41,346 bases of DNA from a virus (taxonomy: Duplodnaviria; Caudoviricetes). The stretch is from positions 1-41,346 of the IMG/VR virus record IMGVR_UViG_3300036845_000436, one strand, 5' to 3'. Positions 16,609 to 27,410 of this stretch are shown piece after piece. Made by a program: the position numbers and the translations under genes. Position 1 is the first letter of the stretch. Every line of letters begins with the position of its first letter. The notes beneath the pieces were generated by a model. The model saw only the letters and a list, made by a program, of their open reading frames with translations. It had not been told where the DNA came from and did no database searches.

Positions 16609-18519
16609 TTAGTGTCCTAATGCCTGATTGAGTCGATCTGCTAAGGGTGCGCCGGCGTTGGTGGCGGGTGGCTGTACGGCTGCGCCCTGATTGGCTAGTT
16701 TCTGATCCGGTCCGTCCGGATCGCCATAGAGTCTGTACCGCTTGTCTTCATTCACAAAATTCTGGGCTGAGTGCATTCGTGCAGTGACGAAGGCCTTGAT
16801 GGAGGAAGGATCGTTTTTGAGTTTGTTGGTCGCGGCTTCCTCCTGCCTGATAACCAGCGGAGTGGATCTGAGATTGTGGGCTCCCAGATTGGCGACGGTC
16901 ATTTGATCCACATAGGCGTTGAGCTCTGCTAGCGGATCATCGTCTTTCAATCCGATCACGTTCTGCCATTTACTCCCCAGACTGTTTATCCGTCCAACGA
17001 GTTCGGGGTGATCGTTGAGAACGCGGATGATCTGTTCGCCGTTGCTGATAACGTTTCGGCCTAAGCGTCCCGCTTTCGCGGCGTCGGCTGGGACTTTACC
17101 GATTTGCTTCGGGTTGATTCCCGGCGTCCCGCGCGCAAAGTTCTGCGCTGGGGCGAATCCCGGTTCATAGTTGCCGGGGGCAACGGGCGGGGCATTGAGT
17201 GGCGCGCTGTTCACGTTCAAGGTATTCATTCCGCCGGCGGTCACGGCTCCCGCTGGTACGGATTGTCCCGGTTGTACCTTCTCGGCGGTATAGCCTCCTT
17301 TCCCATCGGGAAGGAAGACAGCCGTTCCCCCTGGCGATTTTCCGGCTCTGGCCTTCGCTTCTGCTGACTGCTGCATCTGGTCAATAGAGGCTTTCATTTG
17401 GGGAGTGGGGTTTTTGTTGTATGCAATTATCGCTTCGTCTAACGTCTTCGGGTCGGTAGCTGGTTTGTCCTTTTCCGCCTTGTCCGCGTCCGCATAGTTC
17501 TTGGCGATGGTGGATGATTTGGTGGCGAAGTCCATCGTTTGCAGGGCGTAATCGCCGTTAGAGGTCCCTCCCACAGCGATTGTTCCAACCTGCTTCGGCT
17601 CATACTGTTTTGTGGTGGAGTTATAGACCATCCCAAACGCGGGAAGCGGCTTGTCGTTGCGCTGATTCATCCATGCCGGATCGACTAGATAGGAGTGGAA
17701 ACCCAACACCTCTCCTTTGCCGTTCACCTCTGGGTAGGTGACAACCTTCCCCTGCGGGTGGGCGGCGAAGAGGTCCGGCTTTGTCTTGTGGAGTTGGTAA
17801 GCATCCTGCGGGGTTTCAGTCACTCCGAAGTCGACGGTCCCCGGTGCATTGGCGGCGTGTTCGGACTGCTCATTCAACATGCCGGCGACGTCCGATGCGA
17901 ACTTGATCCCAGCACCTTTCAGTGAGAGGGCTCCGATGGCTACTTTCTGATTCAAGGATGCCATGTTCGCCTTGAAAAGCATGGCCTGTTGCTGCGCGGT
18001 CACATCTTTTTGCAGGTTGTCTTTCTGCTGCTGGGGCATCTGCATCCCCTGTTGGAAGCCGGCGGATGCGGCTCGGGCGGCTCCTCCCGGTCCCTGCCCT
18101 ACGGCCATTCCCTTTGCGGCTCCCCCCAGCGCGGCGGCGGCGATTCTGCCCCACTTCTCGGTGCGGGTCGACGGGTCTTTTTCGACGCTGACATTTCCAT
18201 CGGTATCCTTGTGGATCCGGTACGTCTCATCTCCCCCTAGAATCGTCGCCACTCTATCCATGATCCTGCCCATCATCGAGTGGTGATCTTCGGCATGGGG
18301 AAGGGGCTGATATTCGGGTTGCGATACCTGCGGAATGTAGTAGCTCGCCTGGGGGGAATCGGGGGCTTCCGGCTGCTGCTGGCCGGGGGCTTGCAGGGCG
18401 GCGAGGATATCCGCTGCGGAGCTCGCCGGCGGGGGCTGGGGGGGCGTCATTGCGCCGATAGTATCGGGCGTTCCTGCGGGTGGTGCGGCGATGGTTGCGG
18501 GTACGGAATCATCGGGCAT
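16609..18519 (-). CDS. Internal virion (ejection) protein, 636 aa
   Basis: AGGAG RBS before MPDDSV; [12 protein letters not shown] and Q-rich segments; synteny. Confidence 0.65.
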   Translation of the reverse strand: MPDDSVPATIAAPPAGTPDTIGAMTPPQPPPASSAADILAALQAPGQQQPEAPDSPQASYYIPQVSQPEYQPLPHAEDHHSMMGRIMDRVATILGGDETYRIHKDTDGNVSVEKDPSTRTEKWGRIAAAALGGAAKGMAVGQGPGGAARAASAGFQQGMQMPQQQKDNLQKDVTAQQQAMLFKANMASLNQKVAIGALSLKGAGIKFASDVAGMLNEQSEHAANAPGTVDFGVTETPQDAYQLHKTKPDLFAAHPQGKVVTYPEVNGKGEVLGFHSYLVDPAWMNQRNDKPLPAFGMVYNSTTKQYEPKQVGTIAVGGTSNGDYALQTMDFATKSSTIAKNYADADKAEKDKPATDPKTLDEAIIAYNKNPTPQMKASIDQMQQSAEAKARAGKSPGGTAVFLPDGKGGYTAEKVQPGQSVPAGAVTAGGMNTLNVNSAPLNAPPVAPGNYEPGFAPAQNFARGTPGINPKQIGKVPADAAKAGRLGRNVISNGEQIIRVLNDHPELVGRINSLGSKWQNVIGLKDDDPLAELNAYVDQMTVANLGAHNLRSTPLVIRQEEAATNKLKNDPSSIKAFVTARMHSAQNFVNEDKRYRLYGDPDGPDQKLANQGAAVQPPATNAGAPLADRLNQALGH

Positions 18520-18527
18520 GGCGGCTC

Positions 18528-19136
18528 CTACTTTATAAAGTGTCCTGCGGCTAGTCCTGCCACGTTGCCCAGCGCGCCAAAGGCGGCGTTCCACGGGCTG
18601 TTACTGGCCTCTGCCGCCTGATATGCGGAGGTGCTGGCGGCTCCTCCTGCGCTGGTGGCGGCTCCTGAATAAGCGGTGGGGTTTATCAGGCCGGCGGTGG
18701 ATCCTAGAATCTGCGCGGCTGAGTTCCAATTCTGGTATCCCTGGGTGTAGTTGTCCAAAGTGATTTTGTTCTGGCCGGCTGCGCGCTGGGCGGCGGCGGC
18801 GTTGGCGTTGGTCGCAAGGATGTTCGAAGAAACGCTAGACGGTAGCAGGGTGTTTCCGCCTCCCCGCGCGGCGAGGATCTGGGCGGTGGCGCGCTGCGCC
18901 TGGGCGTAGTCGGTTCCTACGTTCTCGTCGTTCTGGGTCCGCAGGGCGGTTTCTTCGGACGGGCTGTAACCGGTCTGCGAGGGGCCGGCCTGGAGGATCG
19001 GCATGAACTGGGACGTGAGCGCGCCGGTGATCGCCTGATTCTCTCCAAAGATGGTGTTGTACTGGCTCGTCAGTTGGCTATAAAACTCTTTTTGCTCGTT
19101 GGTGATTTCCGACTGGTCGCTATTTGATCCGCACAT
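18528..19136 (-). CDS. Small ejection/pilot protein (P22 gp7-like position), 202 aa
   Basis: MCGSN start after GGGGAG; Ala/Gln/Ser-rich; hydrophobic AAFGALGNVAGLAAG end. Confidence 0.65.
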   Translation of the reverse strand: MCGSNSDQSEITNEQKEFYSQLTSQYNTIFGENQAITGALTSQFMPILQAGPSQTGYSPSEETALRTQNDENVGTDYAQAQRATAQILAARGGGNTLLPSSVSSNILATNANAAAAQRAAGQNKITLDNYTQGYQNWNSAAQILGSTAGLINPTAYSGAATSAGGAASTSAYQAAEASNSPWNAAFGALGNVAGLAAGHFIK

Positions 19137-19155
19137 AGCACGTCTCCCCGCTCTG

Positions 19156-19662
19156 CTACATCGTTGTGGGAACCGTCCCCACGTCGCTGTGTCGGGTTTT
19201 TTCCGATGTTTGGGTAGGGAGGGAACGACGCAGCAGTTTGCCGGCGTCCTCGAAGCCAAGATGCTTTTTTGCGAAAAGGGCTAATTCGGGGCCTTCGGTG
19301 TCGAAGATAATCTCTCGGAAACGGTTGGCTACCAGTAACGCCTCCATCCATCGCAGTCCCTCTAATAGAGCGGTCTGGTTTTCCCGCCGGGCGGCGGGGT
19401 CGGCGGCGGTCCCGAATAGCATCCCTACTCTTACGGCGGTCTGGGTTTTGAAGTAGAGGATGACTCTGCCGTTCTTCTCTAAAGCCATCGCCTCCTCCCC
19501 TGGCTGTAGCTTGAGGAAGTAATCGGGGGTCATATTCTCGCGGTGGAATGGATCGCCGTCGATCAATTCCTGTACATAGGTTCTCTCCCACTCCCCCACG
19601 GCTCGAACGGTGTACTCCCCAAAGGTGAAGGCGGGGGACTGATAGGGCATCTGTACGCTCAT
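19156..19662 (-). CDS. Putative GNAT-fold virion assembly protein
   Basis: Position between nozzle and ejection genes; L..F.KK.LGF C-terminal pattern. Confidence 0.5.
   Translation of the reverse strand: MSVQMPYQSPAFTFGEYTVRAVGEWERTYVQELIDGDPFHRENMTPDYFLKLQPGEEAMALEKNGRVILYFKTQTAVRVGMLFGTAADPAARRENQTALLEGLRWMEALLVANRFREIIFDTEGPELALFAKKHLGFEDAGKLLRRSLPTQTSEKTRHSDVGTVPTTM
19166..19181. promoter_or_regulatory. 16 bp motif GTGGGAACCGTCCCCA, copy 2
   Basis: Exact match; 30 nt upstream of the 19136 start. Confidence 0.6.
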
Positions 19663-19898
19663 GCTCCCGCTCCTCTCTTGGCCGGCAAGATGCGCTGCTG
19701 TGGTACGCTCCCATCGCTGTAGAACTGGCGTTGAAAAGCGTCTCCCGTGGATGCCATCAAGGGCATCGAAGCAATCATGTATGAGGATCGCGCGGTAGGG
19801 TCAATAAAGGGCGCGGTTCTGTCCGCCGGCGGCGGGGTCGGAGTGACTGGTTTCCAGTCCTGCAAATTGGGTCGCGTGCTCTGTCTCACGGATGGCAT
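19659..19898 (-). CDS. Hypothetical protein, 79 aa (MPSVRQ...)
   Basis: TAATG overlap with the upstream stop. Confidence 0.6.
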   Translation of the reverse strand: MPSVRQSTRPNLQDWKPVTPTPPPADRTAPFIDPTARSSYMIASMPLMASTGDAFQRQFYSDGSVPQQRILPAKRGAGA

Positions 19899-22444
19899 TA
19901 TTGGCTCCTCATCTCCTGCCACGTCTGACCAAAAATAGTGAAGGTCAGGAGCTCGTTTGCGGCGTCCTCAGCCGGCCACGAAAGTTGCATCTGAAAGTGT
20001 CTGCACCACACCTCATTCTGGTTCTGCATGAAGTGGTATCGGTCGCTGTAAAGGGTGGTGCTGGGGGGTAGGTTCGGGGGGTCTTGGCGGGTGCGAAAAA
20101 GGGTATCGAATAGGGGGCTGATAACGCCTGCCAGCGGGGGGGAAATCTCCCCCAAAAGCACTCCCAAACCGGGCTTGGACCCATACGGCATTGACTCCAA
20201 AGTGATGAAGCTCATGGCGGATAACTGGCCGGGTTGCGCGAGTACGATGCTGCCCAGAACCGTATCCACGGCGAAGGCTACGCCGGCGTCGGTATTCATC
20301 TTTCTGTCGCGCTGTAAAACCGGTCCGGTTATGGTCTTGCTGATGAGTAAGCGGTACTGGCCGGGGCTCACTTCCACGCTCTGCACGCATCCCATGCCGG
20401 CAATATTCGCCCTGGGGCTCCAACTGCTGCCCTGCTCGGGTGCGTTGTTCGCTGCCATGCGATACCAGTGATCTACTCCATTGGCGACATAGAGGGCGGA
20501 TTCGCGGCTCGACTCGGTGTGGAAAGTGACGAAACTTGCCGCCGGATTAAACTCTTCTTCCAACTTATCCGCGATTGGAAAGCCTAGCTCGGTGATGCCG
20601 GCGGACGGGTCTAACGAAACCAACTGATTGTTTCCCAGCAACAAATATGGGGTTGTCCGGTTGAGGGTGAAACAGTCGTAGGAAAGCAGGGGAAGGTTGT
20701 CGATGAAGACCACCATGTAAAGCGGGTCCGCGTCGGTTCCGCTGCCCAGAATGATGTACGCATCGCGCACCGTGAACACCACCATGCCCAGGCTGCAAAC
20801 CCAGAATCGGGTGATCTTCGACTGCGCGGTGAAAGTGGTATCGAAGCCGGCGTTTCCGCTCGATCCGCTGGCTACGGCATCAGGTCCGCTTGAGACATAG
20901 ACCACATTCCCCACGGCGGCGAAGATGCGGCCTAGATGATAGCCAAGACACGTCGCTCCGACTGGCAACGGCGTTCCTTCGCCGTTTACCTGCGCCTGTA
21001 GCTCGGTGTTTAGCGCGCTGTCGGGATAGCCTACGTCGATGAACGTCCATGCTGTATTGAGGGTGGCCGCGAAGCGCGCCAATTCAAAAAACGTTGAGCC
21101 TCCCGCTGCGGTGCGGTAGAGAATGATCGTGTCGTAATTCGCTTTTGGTGGGCCTTCTCCCTGTACTACTACCTGATTGTCTGCGATGACGCTTATAGCT
21201 GCGCTCTTGGGGCTCATGTTGCTTATGTCCACGACGCTGCTGTCCAGAAACGCATAGCCGTACTGTCGTGGCGCGGTGGCGGCGACGGCATAGGCCAACG
21301 TGTTCCCCCATATCACGCTCCCGTCAAGGGTGAGAGCTCCGTTCGCCGTTGAAAAATTCGGCGGGGTTGGGCCGGTGACGCCGGACTGCAAAACCGTCTG
21401 CACGTAACCGTTCGGATCCAGAATTTGATAGCCGGCGTTCACGGGGTTATTGCTGCCCGTCTGAATGGTGATGCCGGGGCCAATGTCCTTCCATTCGTGC
21501 TGTACTCCCACGTTGATCCAAACGGCGGTCCCATCGGTTACAAAGCTGCCAACGGCGGATAACCACGCCGGGGGATTGGCTCCGCTCGTCCCCGCGGTGT
21601 AGAGCACATACATCATGGCCTGCTGGCCGCTGGTCACTGCGACGTTGGCGTGTACCGCATCCTCGGTGTTGTAGTAGCGATTAGGTTGCCAGTCGGCGGG
21701 GGCTCCGCAGCAAAACCACGTCGTTGTATTGTCCGGAGTTACCGATCCAAAGGATGATCCAAAAGCAGGGGGCTTATTAGCGCCGGTCACGCCATTCTGT
21801 GACGCAAATTGCATGGTATTGCTGGTGGGGTCGTAGATTAAAACCATTCCCGCGAAGTACGCTCCCATTGCGGTGTTCGGAAGCCATTTCCCGTAAGTGT
21901 TGGTGATCGCCTGCTGTGACACCTGGGGGGCATTTGCCGGCGCGTTGACTCCCCAGTCTGTAACTGTAGAAGTCGCATAATTCCATTGCTTGTTCTCTAG
22001 TCCGTTTGTGAAATAGAGGGTATTCCCCACGCCTAGAAAATAGGTCTTACCTGCGCCGTTAGGCTTGGGCCAAACGATGCTTCCCTGCCCTGTGGTCACA
22101 TCGAAGACTGCTGTTTGCGTATCGGCCAGGACGCGGATCGTTTCGGTGGTGAGGGTGAAGGTGTTGAAGGAATAAAATCGGCTGACTGGCGGGAAGTTTG
22201 CGCCGTTGTAGAAGCTCAATCCAGCCCTTCGCTTCAACGTCAGTTTTGGACTTACCTCGCTGTTGAATCCATCCCAGATAGAGTCCTGCCGTCCCATGCC
22301 GTAGTGCTCTTGATAGTCGCTGGTGGCGGCATCGCGCAAAGGGCTGCGGTTGGTCCATAGGCCGGTAAAGATGCGGTTCGTGTGGAGGGGTGCAAAGCTG
22401 GTGGGCTCCGACAGTGCGCCGGCGTTTTGGAGGGCGTTAGCCAT
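19898..22444 (-). CDS. Tail nozzle/hub protein (tail tubular B-like), 848 aa
   Basis: Beta-rich, LKRRAG and HLGRIF patterns, repeated TG..PP.F...G..T.DG..W inserts; follows the adaptors. Confidence 0.65.
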   Translation of the reverse strand: MANALQNAGALSEPTSFAPLHTNRIFTGLWTNRSPLRDAATSDYQEHYGMGRQDSIWDGFNSEVSPKLTLKRRAGLSFYNGANFPPVSRFYSFNTFTLTTETIRVLADTQTAVFDVTTGQGSIVWPKPNGAGKTYFLGVGNTLYFTNGLENKQWNYATSTVTDWGVNAPANAPQVSQQAITNTYGKWLPNTAMGAYFAGMVLIYDPTSNTMQFASQNGVTGANKPPAFGSSFGSVTPDNTTTWFCCGAPADWQPNRYYNTEDAVHANVAVTSGQQAMMYVLYTAGTSGANPPAWLSAVGSFVTDGTAVWINVGVQHEWKDIGPGITIQTGSNNPVNAGYQILDPNGYVQTVLQSGVTGPTPPNFSTANGALTLDGSVIWGNTLAYAVAATAPRQYGYAFLDSSVVDISNMSPKSAAISVIADNQVVVQGEGPPKANYDTIILYRTAAGGSTFFELARFAATLNTAWTFIDVGYPDSALNTELQAQVNGEGTPLPVGATCLGYHLGRIFAAVGNVVYVSSGPDAVASGSSGNAGFDTTFTAQSKITRFWVCSLGMVVFTVRDAYIILGSGTDADPLYMVVFIDNLPLLSYDCFTLNRTTPYLLLGNNQLVSLDPSAGITELGFPIADKLEEEFNPAASFVTFHTESSRESALYVANGVDHWYRMAANNAPEQGSSWSPRANIAGMGCVQSVEVSPGQYRLLISKTITGPVLQRDRKMNTDAGVAFAVDTVLGSIVLAQPGQLSAMSFITLESMPYGSKPGLGVLLGEISPPLAGVISPLFDTLFRTRQDPPNLPPSTTLYSDRYHFMQNQNEVWCRHFQMQLSWPAEDAANELLTFTIFGQTWQEMRSQ

Positions 22445-23167
22445 TTACGAGTTGCCCCTTGCCTGCGCGCCCTGCTGGGTGGCGAGTTGTTCGCGGCCTT
22501 GCTGATTCATCAGGTCGAGGAAGTTACCCAGGAAAATGTTGCGTTGTAGCGAGGTCAAACCATCCTGCGCGCCTAGCAGATGCGAGGTGAACTTACCTAG
22601 AAAAATTGGGGCGCGCGCGTCCTTTGTAAGCAGGGAAACAAACCCCAGGAATCCCCAGTCGTAGATGTAACTAAGGCTGTCCGGAATCGGGCTCCAAAAG
22701 TTCGCCATTGATCCCATCAAGGCCGGGGCTCTCTGATAAAAAGCGGATATGAAATAGGCCATATCGGGAAGGGCGTTGAGTCGCAGGGTCACAAAACCGT
22801 CGTCGGCTACAGTCTGGATGGTTGCGCTCGATGGACGCTTGACGGCGGACTCTGCCGCGAGTCCCTGAGAGATGACGCTTATCTCCTTCACGCCTCCGGT
22901 TGGATCCGTGAGCCACACTTTTTCGAGAAACCCGTAGTCGGGTAGGTCTACCGAATAATCCTGCGGCCACGTGTTTAGGGTCGGGTCTAGTTCAATCTCG
23001 AAGGATCCGCGATTCCACGGCCATTTCATCGGCGCGCCTAACATGGTTTGCTTGGTGAGGTTGGCGGCGGTGATCGCCGGCTCTCCATTCGAGATGTTTA
23101 CCGGCTGGTAGCCCAGAAACGGCATCGAGAAAAGCGCGCTGGCCTGGATGTTGCGAGTTGTTGCCAT
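22445..23167 (-). CDS. Head-tail adaptor-like protein
   Basis: WPWNR...QDY, PD..Y, PIPD motifs; synteny. Confidence 0.6.
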   Translation of the reverse strand: MATTRNIQASALFSMPFLGYQPVNISNGEPAITAANLTKQTMLGAPMKWPWNRGSFEIELDPTLNTWPQDYSVDLPDYGFLEKVWLTDPTGGVKEISVISQGLAAESAVKRPSSATIQTVADDGFVTLRLNALPDMAYFISAFYQRAPALMGSMANFWSPIPDSLSYIYDWGFLGFVSLLTKDARAPIFLGKFTSHLLGAQDGLTSLQRNIFLGNFLDLMNQQGREQLATQQGAQARGNS

Positions 23168-23168
23168 C

Positions 23169-24194
23169 TCATCTCCATCCGTAGCGATACGGCCACGGGC
23201 CGGGGTCGGTGGTGTAGCTGGGGGCCATCACACTCTTATCGGGGAAGAAGCCTTTGGATTCGTCTTCGCGGTCATTCTCTTTCGTCGCTAGTTCCATCGC
23301 TCCGAACCAATCGGCCTTCATCTGTTCAAAGCGATTCTTGACGCTGGGATTGCTTGAGTAGCGGTGGGCATAAGCCACGCATCCATCGCGGAACCACTTG
23401 GCCTGATCGTCGGGAATCGGGTTTATCAGTTGGTTCAATTTGGTGAAGAGATTGGCTCTTTGCTGCCCATAGAGACGCAGCAACCACACTTGGCCGGCCT
23501 CGGGGGGTCTGGGGTTGACGCGGAAGCCTTGCGCGTCGGGGCTCACAATCAACCATTCGCAGGTTCCATCCGGAATGATCTGGCCGGATACGTCGGCGGT
23601 GTAGTCGGGCGGTGAGAGTGGGTCGCTCGGGTCGATTGGGGGATAGTCCGCCACGGGCGGAAGCAGGCCGGTTATCCCGTACTTCACTAACACAAGGATG
23701 TTGCCGTAGACGTCGACGATGTTGGTGAATGGATTGGACGGTGCGGTGTTGGCTCCGATGGGCTGGGTGTAAATGACGTTGGGTCCAGGCCAAACGCCTT
23801 GCTGTAGGTCGCGGTTATAAAACCAACACACTTGATAAGGCCATCCCCCCATCGTGTTCGTTGATTCAATATCGCGGACGGCATAGACGGGCCACGTCGG
23901 GGGCGGATAGGCGGAATTGTTTATGTCGACGCGGGTTCCGTTTTCGAGCCATCCGAGATTCCTCATCGGCGTTGAATAGTCCTGCTGGTAGGTGGTGAGC
24001 GGGAAGGGCGGAATCCTGACGCGGTTCCACTTCCACGGGAAGCGGATCGAGATGAGCTCGCTCATCACATCGTTGCCGATGGTGAGGGCGGGTTCGTCTG
24101 CCCAGCCTCCCGTGTTGTTGAATACCGTGTTGAGGTCTCCGATAGCGGAGACCCCATCCATGATCTTCTGCAACGTGATAGTGGAATTGCCCAT
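23169..24194 (-). CDS. Head-tail adaptor-like protein (paralog of 22445..23167)
   Basis: WKWNR...QQDY...LGWLE, PIPD; GGGAG RBS. Confidence 0.6.
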   Translation of the reverse strand: MGNSTITLQKIMDGVSAIGDLNTVFNNTGGWADEPALTIGNDVMSELISIRFPWKWNRVRIPPFPLTTYQQDYSTPMRNLGWLENGTRVDINNSAYPPPTWPVYAVRDIESTNTMGGWPYQVCWFYNRDLQQGVWPGPNVIYTQPIGANTAPSNPFTNIVDVYGNILVLVKYGITGLLPPVADYPPIDPSDPLSPPDYTADVSGQIIPDGTCEWLIVSPDAQGFRVNPRPPEAGQVWLLRLYGQQRANLFTKLNQLINPIPDDQAKWFRDGCVAYAHRYSSNPSVKNRFEQMKADWFGAMELATKENDREDESKGFFPDKSVMAPSYTTDPGPWPYRYGWR

Positions 24195-24207
24195 TGCGGA
24201 CTCCCGT

Positions 24208-24741
24208 TTAGGCTGCGCCTACGGCTTCTTTTCTGCGTTCTTCACGAAGCTTTTTCATTTTCTTGATGTACTCGGGGCTCCGCATCGCATCATGGGCCGT
24301 GAGTGCTTCGATGGCGGTTTCCATTGACGTCTCGCGCATGTAATCCGGATCCTGCAACTCCGATTGCACGCGCTGTAGATTGCGGTTCTGTTCGACCTGA
24401 ATCGCATTCAGTTCGTCGTTGGCGTCCTGGTTGCGCTGCCCCTGTTCAAGCAAGTAGGCGCGTCGATCACGCATCGGGATTATCTCTTCGGTGAGGCATT
24501 CGCCCTGCGCTGCATAGTCGATGCGGCCTTTGTCTGGATCGCCTTCGGGATACTCGGTAATGTCGACCGGGGGCGGAACCGGCTTGCGGGGTGGGAGTGG
24601 CTTTAGCTGGCCTTGCTTCTCCGATGCTGCGGTGATTCGGTCTGCGCGCTTGTCGGTTGCGGCATCTTTGCGGTTGCTCGCATCCTCTTCCGCGTTGGCT
24701 TTGCGTACTCCCTGATTGATGTTGCCTGGATCGTTTGCCAT
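24208..24741 (-). CDS. Hypothetical protein, 177 aa
   Basis: GAGGAG RBS. Confidence 0.75.
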   Translation of the reverse strand: MANDPGNINQGVRKANAEEDASNRKDAATDKRADRITAASEKQGQLKPLPPRKPVPPPVDITEYPEGDPDKGRIDYAAQGECLTEEIIPMRDRRAYLLEQGQRNQDANDELNAIQVEQNRNLQRVQSELQDPDYMRETSMETAIEALTAHDAMRSPEYIKKMKKLREERRKEAVGAA

Positions 24742-24796
24742 GTTGGTTCTCCTCGCTGTGTGCTGGGGTTACTTGGGTTGATCTTTCGATGGGCTC

Positions 24797-25261
24797 TCAG
24801 GCGAAGGCCGGCTCCGGTTCGCTGAACGCGAATAGGACCGTCCCGCTCGGTTCGTTATCGGTGGGGGCATTCATCGCCCACTGATACTCCTCGGCCTGCC
24901 TGCGGTAGAGTGCGCGCGATTCTGCGGTGGCTCCCTTGCCGATGAGTGACCTGTCCGGCGGATCCCATTGCTTTTTGCAGCGTTGACAGAGGAGGATAGT
25001 CGGACCGTGGGAGAGGGTGTGCTTGATGATGGCGTAGTTGGAATCATTGCCCTGATAGAGCATCCCCACGCCTTTGCCGCCCTTCTTATGAAAACATCGG
25101 CTCTGGATATCCTTCTGTCGCGCGTCGTTGTCCTTCAATGAGCGTTCCATTGATTTCATGCGCGCTGTTCGCTGGGCGCGCTTGCTAACGCGGTCTGCGG
25201 CTCTCTCTCGCGCTTCGTCCAGGTTGAGTTGTTCGAGTTCTGAAAGTTTGACGTCAGCCAT
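24797..25261 (-). CDS. Hypothetical protein, 154 aa, with CxH and CxxC
   Basis: GAGGAG RBS before MADVKL. Confidence 0.7.
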   Translation of the reverse strand: MADVKLSELEQLNLDEARERAADRVSKRAQRTARMKSMERSLKDNDARQKDIQSRCFHKKGGKGVGMLYQGNDSNYAIIKHTLSHGPTILLCQRCKKQWDPPDRSLIGKGATAESRALYRRQAEEYQWAMNAPTDNEPSGTVLFAFSEPEPAFA

Positions 25262-25388
25262 TTTTTGTCTCCTCGCGTATATTGGGCTGGGAAGGGGGAA
25301 GGAGTGTGGCTCCTGCCTCCCCCTTAGCCACCTGCCGCTGTCCATCCCCTCATCTGCCGATTTGGGCGGTAGCGCGACAGAACTTGGT

Positions 25389-26552
25389 TTAGGTGATGGA
25401 AGGAACCGCGTCGATGTAGCGGATCCGTTGAACGGGGTCGGGTGGAAGCGTCGCCGTGTACATGGTGTTATAGCTGGCGAACCCTCCAATCATCTTCGAC
25501 GGATCGTAGCCTGACGGCTCGGTGATTCGCCTCACCCACACTTGGATATTTCTCCAATCGCCGTCCCCAATCTGCGTGTTTTCCTTCGCTCCGAAAGAGA
25601 TTCCGATAAGGCCGTTCTCTCCGATGACGTAAGTACGCAGGGCGGTGAAAGTAGTACCGTCGTAGTTGGGCGTCTTGTGTACCAGGGTGGACTGGTGGAA
25701 GCGGACGCCTCCCCACTCAATCACGGTTACATTGTCCCCGTCGGGCGCGGGAAGCTCTTTCAACTTCTCCTGTCCTTCGGCGGAACGCTTCAACACGTCT
25801 ACAAGGCTGTTGTTGCTCTTGTCGACCAGAATGTCTCCCACTTCAAGCGGGTGGATCACTCCGGCGTACTGTCCGTTCTCGAAGGCAAGCGCGTTGACGC
25901 TCTGTAAGCTCTGCGCGGCTGCGGTGATATCGGTTGTTTCGAGGGGGGTTGCTCCGGTCTTGGATAGGGAACTTACCAGCGGATCTACGACTGCCGCGCC
26001 ATCTGCGGTATTTTGCAGGATGAGGTTAATCACCTGGGCCAAGCGATAAGCCATCTGCGTTCCCAACTCTTCAAGTACGGGGTCGATGGCGGTTTGCAGG
26101 GCGAATGAACTAACGTTCGCGTAATCGGCATAATTTCCGATGGTGCTGGTGTTCTGCACCACGGATACGGTAAGGCCTGTTTGAATAGTTCCTTCTGGGG
26201 CCTGGGTGAGCGGTGGCGCCGGAAGATTTTGGTACATGAAGAGTACCAATTTATTTCCGGAGTTCTCGTCCAACATGCGCCGGTTAGAGGTTCTGACCCA
26301 GGGGGTCTCAGCCTTTAAATTTGCGATGAAGTTTTTGTCAAAAGAGGTAACAAGGGACTGGGGAAGATTGGTTGTAAGGTTCGACGCTGGGCTTACGCCT
26401 ATGCCCAGCACACCGTAGGAATGGACCATCCCAATTCCACGCGTATAGCCGATAAAGCTTGTGCCTAAAGCGCACACAAGCTCGATCAGCGGAATGAAAA
26501 ACTTCTTGAAAATAGCTCTGCCGCGCTGGGCGGCTGCTGTGTTGTTTCGCAT
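25389..26552 (-). CDS. Major capsid protein (HK97 fold, N4-gp56-like)
   Basis: EGT, NYADYANVS..ALQTAIDPV, YAGVIHP...D, GGVRF, DP...G; follows the scaffold; start uncertain (26552 or 26576). Confidence 0.85.
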   Translation of the reverse strand: MRNNTAAAQRGRAIFKKFFIPLIELVCALGTSFIGYTRGIGMVHSYGVLGIGVSPASNLTTNLPQSLVTSFDKNFIANLKAETPWVRTSNRRMLDENSGNKLVLFMYQNLPAPPLTQAPEGTIQTGLTVSVVQNTSTIGNYADYANVSSFALQTAIDPVLEELGTQMAYRLAQVINLILQNTADGAAVVDPLVSSLSKTGATPLETTDITAAAQSLQSVNALAFENGQYAGVIHPLEVGDILVDKSNNSLVDVLKRSAEGQEKLKELPAPDGDNVTVIEWGGVRFHQSTLVHKTPNYDGTTFTALRTYVIGENGLIGISFGAKENTQIGDGDWRNIQVWVRRITEPSGYDPSKMIGGFASYNTMYTATLPPDPVQRIRYIDAVPSIT

Positions 26553-26582
26553 GGCTTTACCCTCGGGTGAAGTCACACGCTC

Positions 26583-27410
26583 TTACATCGCATCTACCTG
26601 CCGCCGAAACTCCGGATCGCTGCGGATCTTGTCGTTGTATTCGGCTCTGGGCATTCTCTCGATATCTTCGCGTGTGTATTTTTGCTTTTTGGGCGGAAGT
26701 GGGGCGGATGCGCTTGCATCGCTGTTCCGGATTCCAGTTGCTACACTGCGCGGTCGGGGAGTGGGGGCCGGCGGATTGCCGGCGTTGCCTTGTCCGTTTT
26801 GTGGCGCGGCTCCATTGGCGGGGGGCGGGTTTTGTTCGCCGGTTTCGGTGGGCCACGGGATCATCTCTTCACGATCAACGAGGGTTTGGTATGCGATTGC
26901 GAGATTGTTGCGGGTCAAGTCCCAGCCATTCGCTTTTAGCTCGTCAAAGATAGCGTCGCGGTTCTGTGGGACGGGGTAGTAGTCGGGGTGTTCCCTAGCA
27001 AATGCTTTTGCTTCGGCGGCATAAAATTCGTCGCGTTCTCTCTGGTCCATATCGGCAAAGCGTTTGCCGGCGGCGGAAGGGGCGACGCCTTGTTGCGCGG
27101 TGATGATTTCGGTTACTGTCTCCACCACTTTTTCAGGGTCGGTTATATCCGTCGAAAGCCTTAGCCGGTCTGCGTCTGTGATCGTTCGCGGTTCAATCTT
27201 TCCCGGTACGCGCGCCCTGTCGGGCTGGCGTAGTTTGTTCATCTCCTGGTTGGCGATTATCTGGGCCTTCAGTGCCTTGTCTGTAACTACTTTCAGATTC
27301 GGGCCTTTGAAGGTGGATACTCGGTTCCCCTTGGCGTTTTTGAGAATGACTTCGTACTCTCCATCCTCACTTAGCCCTAGTTCGTCGTCGTGAATCCATT
27401 CGATTTCCAC
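26583..27410 (-). CDS. Capsid scaffolding protein
   Basis: F...HPDY, Pro-rich linker, C-terminal YTREDIERMPRAEY; immediately upstream of the capsid gene. Confidence 0.75.
   Translation of the reverse strand: MEIEWIHDDELGLSEDGEYEVILKNAKGNRVSTFKGPNLKVVTDKALKAQIIANQEMNKLRQPDRARVPGKIEPRTITDADRLRLSTDITDPEKVVETVTEIITAQQGVAPSAAGKRFADMDQRERDEFYAAEAKAFAREHPDYYPVPQNRDAIFDELKANGWDLTRNNLAIAYQTLVDREEMIPWPTETGEQNPPPANGAAPQNGQGNAGNPPAPTPRPRSVATGIRNSDASASAPLPPKKQKYTREDIERMPRAEYNDKIRSDPEFRRQVDAM

Noticed and set aside
26470-26520. LIELV in the capsid N-terminus as a type IV pilin cleavage motif
   Set aside because: Lacks the G|F junction at the right spacing, and the rest of the protein is a capsid fold
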